This document shows positions 1-7,725 of a DNA stretch of 15,164 nt, piece by piece. Each line of letters begins with the position of its first letter. Within the stretch, counting starts at the first letter, position 1. Made by a program: the position numbers and the translations under genes. The notes below the pieces were generated by a model that was not told where the DNA came from, ran no database searches, and worked only from the letters and a program-made list of their open reading frames with translations. Source of the stretch: a virus (Duplodnaviria > Heunggongvirae > Uroviricota > Caudoviricetes); the IMG/VR virus record IMGVR_UViG_2703718819_000014, positions 1-15,164 of that record; one strand, written 5' to 3'.

Positions 1-1287
1 TCAGCGTCTTGCTCTGTGGGGCATGTATGGGACACTTTCAGCTAACTCCTTATTGAGCAGTTCTATCTGCCCGATATTGTTATCTTTCATCCATGCTCCG
101 TAAACATTGAATACCATCTGAGCGTTTGCGTGCCCCATCTGGTTTGCGATAAAGCTTGGATTCGCTCCTGCGGCCAGTGCCCAGCAGGCATAAGTATGCC
201 TTGACTGATAGGCTTTCCTGTGCCGTAGTCCGGCCCGTCTCAGGGCTGATGCCCATGAATCCCTGATGGAGTCCGCTTTGTAGTGGTAACCGGCTTGCTG
301 GCACTTTTTCACCAGTTGCGGATTAAAGACAAACGTGCATTCATGGCTTACGGTGCGTCCGAACTCCCGCAGTTTGACGTCAATCTGGTATTGAGTGCCA
401 AATCTTGTCATTTCAGCCTGACTTTTCAGGGTTTCAATGGCTGGTTGAACAAGATGAATAACACGATCTGTTCCCGCTTCGGTTTTTGGTAGAGTAAACT
501 CCCCGAGTTTTGTATAATTACGACGGATAGTCATTGTTTTAGCTTTTAAATCAATATCCTCCCAGGCGAGAGATATTAGCTCACCGTGACGGATGCCTGT
601 GTATACTGCTAAAGACCACAGGTTTTTCGTTTGTTGATGGTGGCAAGCATCAATAAAACGAATGAATTCGTCATGCGTGAGCGGATCTGGCTCGGTTCTG
701 GACCTTTTTAATGGTGTCAGGCCGTTAAACGGGTTTGATTCCGTGTAGCCGTTGTCAGCTGCAAATTGAAACATACCTGCAATTGTCGTCATGTAGTAAT
801 TAACTGTAACTACAGATCTCCCCTTAACAGGTGTTGTTTTGCCGTTTGAGAGATTGTGATACCCGGTCAATAAATCTTTCCTGATGAAGAGTAAATCTTC
901 TTTTGTTACAGATGAAGCCAGTCGGCTTTCCCCTATACGAGGCAACATGTTTCTCACCACAGATTGATACCGATTGAATGCGTTACCTCCTATTTCGATT
1001 TTTTTCAGATCCAGCCATTTTTCTGAAAGCGCCTTAATGGTTATCTCCTTTTTTCCCAGACCAAAGTGTTTCAGATTTGGGGACTCAGGAAACTGCGCAG
1101 CGTAGTCGAAATTCCCCATTCTGATTGCAAAACAAACTGAAGTCCTGAGTTCGCCTGCAATCTTCCGGTTTTTGGCTGTGTCAGGAACACCGAGGTTTTC
1201 TCTGACACGTTTGCCGTTATAGTGAAACCATATGCGGAGTGATCCGCCATGGTTTTCAACGCCTGTCGGGTATGATGTGTTACTCAT
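1..1287 (-). CDS. int: Tyrosine-type site-specific recombinase (phage integrase)
   Basis: 428-aa ORF; ATG at 1287-1285 with GGAGG 5 nt upstream; C-terminal region carries the conserved Arg/His/Tyr pattern of lambda-family integrases (RHGE, HxxR, RHTYACW); stop codon sits at the window edge, so attL is not visible. Confidence 0.9.
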   Translation of the reverse strand: MSNTSYPTGVENHGGSLRIWFHYNGKRVRENLGVPDTAKNRKIAGELRTSVCFAIRMGNFDYAAQFPESPNLKHFGLGKKEITIKALSEKWLDLKKIEIGGNAFNRYQSVVRNMLPRIGESRLASSVTKEDLLFIRKDLLTGYHNLSNGKTTPVKGRSVVTVNYYMTTIAGMFQFAADNGYTESNPFNGLTPLKRSRTEPDPLTHDEFIRFIDACHHQQTKNLWSLAVYTGIRHGELISLAWEDIDLKAKTMTIRRNYTKLGEFTLPKTEAGTDRVIHLVQPAIETLKSQAEMTRFGTQYQIDVKLREFGRTVSHECTFVFNPQLVKKCQQAGYHYKADSIRDSWASALRRAGLRHRKAYQSRHTYACWALAAGANPSFIANQMGHANAQMVFNVYGAWMKDNNIGQIELLNKELAESVPYMPHRARR

Positions 1288-1320
1288 TGAACCTCCCAGA
1301 CGTCCAGGAGCATTAACAGG

Positions 1321-1575
1321 TTAACCGGAACTTGCATTTTTGACACCTGGTTGTTTCTGGTTTTCGATCCATCGCATAATTTCTTCGATGTTGTACAGGC
1401 ATTCACTGTAATGCCCTGGATCACCTTCTACAGCGTAATGGCGGTATTCTTTTCCCTGCATCCATGACTTTCTTCTGGCCCGCTCGATGGTGCCAGGCTT
1501 TAGCCCTGTTGATGCAATGAGGACTCTCTCCGTACACCATTTGCTGGGGGTTATCTGATAGATGATTGTCTGCAT
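1321..1575 (-). CDS. xis: Excisionase-like small DNA-binding protein
   Basis: 84-aa ORF immediately upstream of and co-oriented with int (33-bp gap); GAGG RBS; basic, small, with a lambda-Xis-like KDGREY-type segment (QGKEYRHY). Assignment rests mainly on position and size. Confidence 0.6.
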   Translation of the reverse strand: MQTIIYQITPSKWCTERVLIASTGLKPGTIERARRKSWMQGKEYRHYAVEGDPGHYSECLYNIEEIMRWIENQKQPGVKNASSG

Positions 1576-1618
1576 GCCAACCTCATAAAACTTTCATCCA
1601 CGGCAGTGGCACCACACT

Positions 1619-1735
1619 TCAAACATTCGCTTCACATCTTCTGTACAACACGGTGTTGTTTATGCAGCGAACAATTTTTACCGGGTAACCGGCACTGTCG
1701 GTATACAGTTGTCCCTGATTAATCAGAGCGAACAT
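1619..1735 (-). CDS. Hypothetical small protein (38 aa)
   Basis: Internal ATG of track ORF 1619..1858; AGGAG 5 nt upstream of the ATG at 1735; lies just after the stop of the upstream ORF at 1767. No recognisable domain. Confidence 0.3.
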   Translation of the reverse strand: MFALINQGQLYTDSAGYPVKIVRCINNTVLYRRCEANV

Positions 1736-1766
1736 TTTTTCTCCTGCTCTCTGAATAGTGAGAACT

Positions 1767-2150
1767 TCAGAGCCGTATGTTTGTAGCGGGTTCAATGCTG
1801 ATAATTTCTGCTGAGATAAGCATCCCGGCAAGCCAGAGTTCCCCGGACAGGTCTTCATCCTGGCATATCAGTTCGCCAATATTAATGGTGGCCATGATAT
1901 CCGTTTTCCCTGTGCGCTCATCCAGGACTTCTTCATAAGGCAGCGTTGCGTACAGGCTTTCAATAGCGCAATTGATAACATCCAGTCCGGTCAGATTGCC
2001 GCCGACAGTAACTTCGAATGTTTCGCGGTATTCCCATAGTCCGAAAGTTAATCGAACGGTTTGTTTTGCCATGCGTCCGCACGACGTCAGATTCGGGTCA
2101 TAGTTCATTATTTGCGGTTGAGTATTCTGGTTGTTCATCTGATTTTCCAT
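1767..2150 (-). CDS. Hypothetical protein (127 aa), last large gene of the SPFH operon
   Basis: Track ORF 1767..2213; I prefer the ATG at 2150 (MENQMNNQ...) because the GTG at 2213 would overlap the SPFH gene by 35 nt. No recognisable motif. Confidence 0.5.
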   Translation of the reverse strand: MENQMNNQNTQPQIMNYDPNLTSCGRMAKQTVRLTFGLWEYRETFEVTVGGNLTGLDVINCAIESLYATLPYEEVLDERTGKTDIMATINIGELICQDEDLSGELWLAGMLISAEIISIEPATNIRL

Positions 2151-2178
2151 TAACCCGGCGGTTTGCCGGGCGTGTAAG

Positions 2179-3006
2179 TTATTTAATCTGGATAAATGGT
2201 GTATTGGCACCACTGGTCATGTATTGCGGCAGTGTACCGTTCCACTTGTTGATGGCTTCCAGCTCCATGACGCCAGGGTTCTGGCGCAGAGCTTCGCCGC
2301 GTAAACGAATGGCATCGGCTTCTGCCAGGGCTTTTGTTCGAATGGCATCAGCCTGTCCGGCAGCTTCTGCACGCAGCATGTTGGCCTCCGCTTCACGTTG
2401 CTTGACTTCCTGTTCGCGCTGCAGGGTTTTCTGGTTTGCCGTGACTTTGGCGTTAATGCTGTCGATAACGGTTGGCGGGTATTCCGGTTTACCTACATAA
2501 GAGAGGCTCATTACCTGAACGCCGATGGGGGTCATCTCTTCCTGAATGTCTTTAAGTGCGGCATCCAGTAGTTCAGACTTGCCGCCGTCGATAAATTTGT
2601 CGGTGGTCATTTTGCTGGCCAGTCGATTGAGTGCGTCGGCGATCTTCTGGCGCAGGTCAGTGGCGGTAATGTCATCCACGCCTTTGCGGTAGGTCTGAAA
2701 CACCGTGGTAACTTTGGATGGATCAACTTTGTAGGCAACACCGATGTGATAGCCGATGGTTGTGCCGTCACTCATCTGGAAGCTGAACGGCTCATCGTAG
2801 GTCTTCATTTGTTTGAAGGTTGGGAAGATGTAAACTTCAGTATTCCAGCCAGTCCAGTAGCGACCAACACCGACCACCTCACCGACGCCTTTATCGTCGC
2901 CCAGTTTATTTACTTTGATGCCAACATTACCGGGTTCAACGCGATCGCAGCCGACAAGGCCAATGGTCGGCAGAACAATGGCTAAAGCAAAAATAATTTT
3001 TTTCAT
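2179..3006 (-). CDS. SPFH/band-7 (HflK/C, flotillin-like) domain lipoprotein
   Basis: 275-aa ORF; N-terminal signal peptide with lipobox (MKKIIFALAIVLPTIGLVGC); central region of SPFH type; C-terminal Ala/Glu/Arg-rich coiled-coil (QREQEVKQREAEANMLRAEAAGQADAIRTKALAEADAIRLRGEA); AAGGA RBS 6 nt upstream; ATG overlaps the stop of the upstream ORF (ATGA). Confidence 0.8.
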   Translation of the reverse strand: MKKIIFALAIVLPTIGLVGCDRVEPGNVGIKVNKLGDDKGVGEVVGVGRYWTGWNTEVYIFPTFKQMKTYDEPFSFQMSDGTTIGYHIGVAYKVDPSKVTTVFQTYRKGVDDITATDLRQKIADALNRLASKMTTDKFIDGGKSELLDAALKDIQEEMTPIGVQVMSLSYVGKPEYPPTVIDSINAKVTANQKTLQREQEVKQREAEANMLRAEAAGQADAIRTKALAEADAIRLRGEALRQNPGVMELEAINKWNGTLPQYMTSGANTPFIQIK

Positions 3007-3191
3007 TTTTTATCCTTAGTGAAAGAAAGACCCTTGTAAATGGCATAAATGCAGGGCGGGGTCAGAAACGCCAGTGCAAAGCCAGAAGTAACTGCTATCG
3101 TATCCTTCATGGATATAAGGAACGGAACGAGTAATCCGTAAATGCATGCGATAATTGCCAGTAAAATTACTATTGTGAAATACAGTCTCAT
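3003..3191 (-). CDS. Small two-helix membrane protein (62 aa), SPFH partner
   Basis: Two hydrophobic segments (FTIVILLAIIACIYGLLVPFLI and AVTSGFALAFLTPPCIYAIY); stop overlaps the SPFH start codon, implying translational coupling. RBS is weak and the start is uncertain. Confidence 0.5.
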   Translation of the reverse strand: MRLYFTIVILLAIIACIYGLLVPFLISMKDTIAVTSGFALAFLTPPCIYAIYKGLSFTKDKK

Positions 3192-3335
3192 TGGTATGTG
3201 GTATCCCGATATTTTTAACTGACAGACAGCGCAATAAAGAGAATAATGATTTCTGTTATTGTCAGTACTGTGGCAAGGATTAAAAGCAGTTTTACTCTGC
3301 TTAATTCACGGTTGTTTTTCATATAAATGGTTAGT

Positions 3336-3360
3336 AAAAAACGGAAGAATTATATTCTTC
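3336..3360 (-). terminator. Intrinsic terminator ending the 3-ORF cargo cassette
   Basis: On the minus strand: GAAGAAT / 3-nt loop / ATTCTTC hairpin followed by CGTTTTTT, 16 nt after the stop of ORF 3376..3948. AT-rich stem, so moderate strength. Confidence 0.5.
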
Positions 3361-3375
3361 TTAATATTTAATGTG

Positions 3376-3948
3376 TCACTGGCCTTCTGGCATACCATGA
3401 GTATTCAGGTCGTTAATCATTTCATCCAGAAGGAGTTCAAGCCCTTCTCGCCCCATGTCTGAAACAATGAAACCTTTATCTGGGTATGTAATGAGCATTT
3501 TCTGATAAAGAAACAGCGCTCTACCCATTCCTTCTGCCTCGCCGTATTTTTGAATTAAATTCCATTCAATATACTGCTGTAAGGCAAACCGAATGGGGCC
3601 GGGATATATCGTCATAACCCCATGCTTCCCGTTATATATTACGGCGCGATCTGTTGTTCCGTGTTCATTCGGGACATCAATTGTGCCGTTCTTGTCTTCT
3701 TCTTCGTTGATGAATGTCGTCACATACAACCATCGCCACTGGGCAACCTTCATCTCAACCGGAAGTTTTCCCAGTAATCCTGCTTCGTCAGCTTGCGCGA
3801 GACACTGAAGGATACGTAAACCTCGCACATTAGGAGTATCGAATTCTCCAGCATCCAGACGGCGTATGGCGTCGTGATAATCAATAGTCATACTGCCTGT
3901 TTGTATACCATTGGCTGTTGCTTCAGCCTGGAATTCAGCGTATTGCAT
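3376..3948 (-). CDS. Hypothetical protein (190 aa)
   Basis: ORF with ATG at 3948, 5 nt after the stop of the upstream 60-aa ORF (RBS inside that ORF); followed by a terminator. No motif I can name. Confidence 0.6.
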   Translation of the reverse strand: MQYAEFQAEATANGIQTGSMTIDYHDAIRRLDAGEFDTPNVRGLRILQCLAQADEAGLLGKLPVEMKVAQWRWLYVTTFINEEEDKNGTIDVPNEHGTTDRAVIYNGKHGVMTIYPGPIRFALQQYIEWNLIQKYGEAEGMGRALFLYQKMLITYPDKGFIVSDMGREGLELLLDEMINDLNTHGMPEGQ

Positions 3949-3953
3949 GAAAT

Positions 3954-4136
3954 TTATTCCTCATCTTCATCTGCTGGTGCAATAACGTCATATCCTGCCT
4001 TTTCTGCAATAAACAGGAATGTTGAAAGATTTCCTACAAATTCATCGTCATGAACATGACGAATTAATATTACTTTCCCGTTTTTGATGGTCAGCAATAC
4101 TCTGGTTTGTTCGTGTTCTGCTGTTTTCTGATGCAT
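3954..4136 (-). CDS. Hypothetical small protein (60 aa) with acidic C-terminus
   Basis: ATG at 4136 with GGGAG 7 nt upstream; C-terminus ...APADEDEE; tightly coupled to the 190-aa ORF downstream. Confidence 0.5.
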   Translation of the reverse strand: MHQKTAEHEQTRVLLTIKNGKVILIRHVHDDEFVGNLSTFLFIAEKAGYDVIAPADEDEE

Positions 4137-4540
4137 TATTATCTCCCGTATGCTTTACGCAGAAACAAGCAGGCAATATGCATGTAATTTTCACCGTGTT
4201 GTGCAATAAGACAGGCTGTTTTGTGTGATGCCTTATGTTTTATAAAAGTCATAATAAAGCCTCCAGTGGATTAAGTGTGTGATAATCCCCGGCTATTAAG
4301 CCGTAATATATTATTCGCAGATGACTTGTTTTATTTAACTGGATAGTTCTGTTTCGGCTGCTGCTTCAGCATAGCAACGTGCAAATTCAAGAACTTCATC
4401 ACCTGTTCTTTTTATTGCATCGTTGTCTTACATTTGTAATACGACAACTGCGCATAATAAATCATGGATATTGTTTGCAAAGGAATCCGGTGCCAGGCAT
4501 AAGCCTTCATACTTATCATGGATATTGCCAGTCATTGTTG

Positions 4541-5233
4541 CTACTCCTTTGCTTCTGATTTTCCCGTTAACAACCACACCAGGTCACAATTAAGCGCACT
4601 GGCCAGTGGTACTATCTGATCAGCAGGAACTTCACAGATGCCGCATTCCCAGTCGTTTATGGGGTCACTATAGGTATGAATCATGCGGGCAAGATCAGAT
4701 TCGGTTAATCCCAGTTTTGTACGGGCGCTTTTGATGCGTGCGCCAATACTTTCCACATGGACTTCAGGCACATTTACGCGAATAACTGACTCGCTGTTTT
4801 TTTCACTCAGCAGAGAAAGCGGATCGCATCCCAGGACGTTTGCCAGGGGGATAAGCATGCTGATGGTTGGCTCGTACTCTCCACTCTCCCATTGCAGAAT
4901 AATCTCTTCGTCAAGATCGAGTAGTCTGGCTAGTTCGGTAGTCGTCAAGCCGCAGGCTTCACGTTTTGTGCGTATGCAGGCTATCTTGTTGCCTGAGCGA
5001 ATAGAATGTTGTTGTTTTGTCGATGCGATCGCTAAAGCATATTCATGAGTAAATTCCAGCACATCAAACCCAACCTCTTTTAATCGCGTATCATCCAGGA
5101 GGTTGAAGGTGCGAACAGCACTGAGCAGGTTTGCGATGGTTAATGCAAAAGAATCGAGGTCTAAATCATCACATAAAACCTTGTTGTAAGTATTGAGGCT
5201 ACATGTTTTTGGTGTTGTTTGTAAGGCTTCCAT
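4541..5233 (-). CDS. Tandem-HTH (two XRE-type helix-turn-helix domains) DNA-binding protein
   Basis: Two consecutive XRE-like HTH segments (...GLTTTELARLLDLDEEIILQWESGEYEPTISMLIPLANVLGCDP... and ...GLTESDLARMIHTYSDPINDWECGICEVPADQIVPLASALNCDLVWLL...) after an ~85-aa N-terminal region of unknown type. First in-frame codon at 5269 is TTG; the ATG at 5233 is preferred. Directly downstream of and co-oriented with the cI-like gene. Confidence 0.7.
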   Translation of the reverse strand: MEALQTTPKTCSLNTYNKVLCDDLDLDSFALTIANLLSAVRTFNLLDDTRLKEVGFDVLEFTHEYALAIASTKQQHSIRSGNKIACIRTKREACGLTTTELARLLDLDEEIILQWESGEYEPTISMLIPLANVLGCDPLSLLSEKNSESVIRVNVPEVHVESIGARIKSARTKLGLTESDLARMIHTYSDPINDWECGICEVPADQIVPLASALNCDLVWLLTGKSEAKE

Positions 5234-5315
5234 ATCATCACCATGCAATTCTAAGTTGAAGTTAATCAATATATAATTGATGGTGAGATATTATGTGTCA
5301 GGTAAACTAGTGTCA

Positions 5316-5340
5316 ATCAAAAATTGATAAACTTGATTTT
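5316..5340. promoter_or_regulatory. Operator-like palindrome plus an 11-mer shared with the cI/cro intergenic region
   Basis: Perfect 13-bp palindrome ATCAAAAATTGAT (5316-5328), immediately followed by AACTTGATTTT (5330-5340), which recurs exactly at 6108-6118. Lies between the cI stop and the tandem-HTH gene start. Confidence 0.35.
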
Positions 5341-5380
5341 TTTGTAGTGGGTGACAAATAATTTAATTTAAAATCAACAA

Positions 5381-6070
5381 CTAACCAAATCTGTTGATAT
5401 TGAATGGTACAGATGAGATGACTTTTGACTGGATATACAGCAGCGCCATTCCCTCTTTTTCGATGCTCCACGGCTGATAGTTGGGATTGTCTGATAAGAC
5501 CATGATCTTGCTTCCAATTTTTTGAAGTCGTTTGACGTAACATTCGCCATCAAAGCAAAATGCATAAATGCCATCACCGTCAAAATAAGTTACTGTTTTA
5601 TCTAAAAACAGTAAGTCACCTGGGGCGATTGTTGGGGCCATGCTGTCCCCTCTGGCGTTACCGATTTCTATGTTCTTGAATGCTCTGTTACCGACCAGGC
5701 GGCGGGCATATTCAGGATCAAGTTCTATTGAGCGTACTACATCAATTAGATCTCCCCGTACATGAGTTCCGTCGCCGCAGCTGAATTCAACATCCAGCAC
5801 ATTGAACACAACGCTGTCTTCTCTTGTATGGTGTTTTTCAGCTGAAGAGTGTGTCGATGAGGTATCTTCACCCAAAAACCAGGATTGTGGATAACCACTA
5901 ATTACTGATAGTTGTGCAAGTTTATCGCTTCTGGGAAACGTCTTTCCTGTAGTCCAGTATTGTACTGATTGTGCGCTTACACCCAGCTTACGGGCTAGTT
6001 CAGCCTGACTCCAGCCTTTTGTTTTCAGCATCATTGCTATCCGATTTTCTGTGCTTTTTACATTCTTCAT
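5381..6070 (-). CDS. CI-like prophage repressor (HTH + S24 LexA-type autopeptidase)
   Basis: N-terminal XRE HTH (GWSQAELARKLGVSAQSVQYWTTGKTFP); C-terminal S24 signature with Ser in GDSMAPTI and Lys in CYVKRLQK; divergent from a cro-like gene across a 130-bp repeat-rich region. Start chosen at M11 of the track ORF (MKNVK...). Confidence 0.85.
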   Translation of the reverse strand: MKNVKSTENRIAMMLKTKGWSQAELARKLGVSAQSVQYWTTGKTFPRSDKLAQLSVISGYPQSWFLGEDTSSTHSSAEKHHTREDSVVFNVLDVEFSCGDGTHVRGDLIDVVRSIELDPEYARRLVGNRAFKNIEIGNARGDSMAPTIAPGDLLFLDKTVTYFDGDGIYAFCFDGECYVKRLQKIGSKIMVLSDNPNYQPWSIEKEGMALLYIQSKVISSVPFNINRFG

Positions 6071-6100
6071 GGTGAGTTCCTGTCGAGGCTTTATACACAT

Positions 6101-6202
6101 AAATATTAACTTGATTTTAGTGTATTCGATCCTTTTGAAACTTGCATGTTAATTTATTCTTGATGTATTCTTGATTTGTAAAGTTAATGTTGGAGCTGTG
6201 CT
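6101..6202. promoter_or_regulatory. Divergent immunity promoter/operator region (PRM/PR-like)
   Basis: AT-rich intergenic region between divergent repressor genes. Contains tandem direct repeats TATTCTTGAT (6155-6164, 6166-6175), a degenerate copy GTATTCGAT (6122-6130), and AACTTGATTTT (6108-6118); all share a TTGAT core. Individual -35/-10 hexamers were not confidently assigned. Confidence 0.5.
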
Positions 6203-6460
6203 GTGATAAAACTGAATGATTACGACATGTTGCGTAAATTGATTCCTCAAAACGCCATAGCAAGATACATCGGTGTTACGCCACAAGCGGTGAACCTGTG
6301 GTTTTCTAAAAACTCCGTTCCTTCTCGTTTTGTTTTACGGGTGTGTGAGTTAGTTGAATGGAAGGTTACTCCGCATGGGTTAAGACCTGATCTATACCCT
6401 TATCCCGAAGATGGAATTCCTGATTCGTTACGAAAATCAAACGGTATTACCAGAGATTAA
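6203..6460 (+). CDS. Cro/YdaS-like small HTH regulator
   Basis: 85-aa ORF divergent from cI-like gene; GTG start with GGAG 6 nt upstream; HTH segment IARYIGVTPQAVNLWFSKNSVP resembles the Rac YdaS/Cro-type fold. Confidence 0.7.
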   Translation: MIKLNDYDMLRKLIPQNAIARYIGVTPQAVNLWFSKNSVPSRFVLRVCELVEWKVTPHGLRPDLYPYPEDGIPDSLRKSNGITRD

Positions 6461-6541
6461 AGACTGACTGTCACGAGTAGTAACTCACGATGCATACGTT
6501 TTGGCGTGAGTTCTGAAATGTCATCCTCAAGGAGCAATCAG

Positions 6542-7249
6542 ATGAATACCGCAATTTTTACCGATAAAGCATCCATGACCAGCGTTGAAATCGCAGAGCT
6601 GGTGGGCAGCCGCCATGACAAAGTGAAACAATCCATTGAGCGCCTTGCTGAACGAGGGATTATTCAGCTTCCCCCAATGGGGATTTCTGAAAATATCAAT
6701 GGGTTAGGTTTAACTCAAAAAAGTAAGCATTATCTTTTCGAAGGTGAACGAGGCAAGCGCGACAGCATCATTGTTGTCGCACAGCTTTGCCCTGAATTCA
6801 CCGCCCGCCTGGTAGATCGCTGGCGCGAACTGGAAGAACAAATCCGTAAACCAATGAGCCAGATCGAAATGGTTGCTGCAATGGCACTTGAAGCCGTTCG
6901 CCAACAAAGACGTCTTGAGCAGGTGGAAGAGAAAGTCAGCCACGTTACCGAAACAGTCGAGCAAATCAAAAGAGGCACCATACGTGATGGTTATGCAGGT
7001 TACCGTCAGCTGGTGGCGAAAACGGGTATGTCAGATGCGAAATGCCGCAATCTGGTGAACGCATATCAGATCCCTACCGATACCCATGAATTTATGACGC
7101 CGGATGGATTGTTGTCTCGTCGCGCGATTGTTGCAGTAGAACCCTTCATGTCTGCTTTTCATCGAATGATGAGTGAAGCAGAACCACGAGGTGCACGCTG
7201 GTATCACCCGAAAATGGGGCTGTTCCAGGCGCTGGGCTGGCAGGTGTAA
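6542..7249 (+). CDS. Rha-family phage regulatory protein (antirepressor-like), paralog 1
   Basis: AAGGAG 6 nt upstream of ATG at 6542; N-terminal region (MTSVEIAELVGSRHDKVKQSIERLAERGII ... YLFEGERGKRDSIIVVAQL) matches the Rha/ORF6N-type pattern. Confidence 0.7.
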   Translation: MNTAIFTDKASMTSVEIAELVGSRHDKVKQSIERLAERGIIQLPPMGISENINGLGLTQKSKHYLFEGERGKRDSIIVVAQLCPEFTARLVDRWRELEEQIRKPMSQIEMVAAMALEAVRQQRRLEQVEEKVSHVTETVEQIKRGTIRDGYAGYRQLVAKTGMSDAKCRNLVNAYQIPTDTHEFMTPDGLLSRRAIVAVEPFMSAFHRMMSEAEPRGARWYHPKMGLFQALGWQV

Positions 7250-7268
7250 TTATGCTCACAGGTAGCAC

Positions 7269-7448
7269 ATGCAAGTACTCAATCGCTGGTTCCGTGATGG
7301 AAGGGGGCGTCGCGTCCACGTTATACGCTGGGAGCCTGAAACACAGCGCGTTATCTATCTTCGCAAAGACTACCCGCATGAGTGCTTTAGTCCTTTGTGG
7401 AAATTCAGGCGTGATTTTGTTGAGTGTGAAGGAACACCAGCATATTGA
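7269..7448 (+). CDS. Small basic hypothetical protein (59 aa), not in the ORF track
   Basis: ATG at 7269 in a different frame from track ORF 7252..8277; translation MQVLNRWFRDGRGRRVHVIRWEPETQRVIYLRKDYPHECFSPLWKFRRDFVECEGTPAY looks protein-like (balanced composition, Trp/Cys spacing); just below the 60-aa threshold. Confidence 0.4.
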   Translation: MQVLNRWFRDGRGRRVHVIRWEPETQRVIYLRKDYPHECFSPLWKFRRDFVECEGTPAY

Positions 7449-7725
7449 TTCTGCAATTCCGGGACGTTACACTGTTCCGGCACCTTATAAAGCGGGTGCC
7501 GGGCGTGGAAACCCGAAATTCAATATAGAGCACAACCGCGCTCATGCGGTTTTTTCGTGTCATGAGCATCGTTACGCCCAAATTATGGTGGGGCGTGCAG
7601 GGCCAACTTCGGTTGGGCCGGGTTCTATGTTGACCGGTATTTCCACCCCTGTACGTCTCACCACCTATATGGTCGTGGAAAGCCTTGGTGGTGAGTTCAT
7701 TGAATTCAACATAGGGGCTGTCACC

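Noticed and set aside
2018-2500. 160-aa plus-strand ORF antisense to the SPFH gene
   Set aside because: Entirely inside a better-supported minus-strand gene; Ser/Ala/Arg-rich low-complexity translation typical of an antisense frame.
3259-3462. 67-aa hydrophobic plus-strand ORF
   Set aside because: TTG start without RBS; overlaps the minus-strand terminator and the 3' end of the 190-aa gene. The hydrophobicity probably reflects the AT-rich sequence.
5373-5399. Inverted repeat ATCAACA...TGTTGAT at the end of cI as an intrinsic terminator
   Set aside because: The hairpin overlaps the cI stop codon, has a 13-nt loop and no U-tract on either strand; more likely a protein-binding site or coincidental.
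7252-7725. N-terminal 158 codons of the 341-aa track ORF 7252..8277
   Set aside because: No RBS; composition not protein-like. The region is better explained by a 59-aa ORF in another frame plus a structured non-coding spacer; the Rha domain begins at the ATG at 7726.
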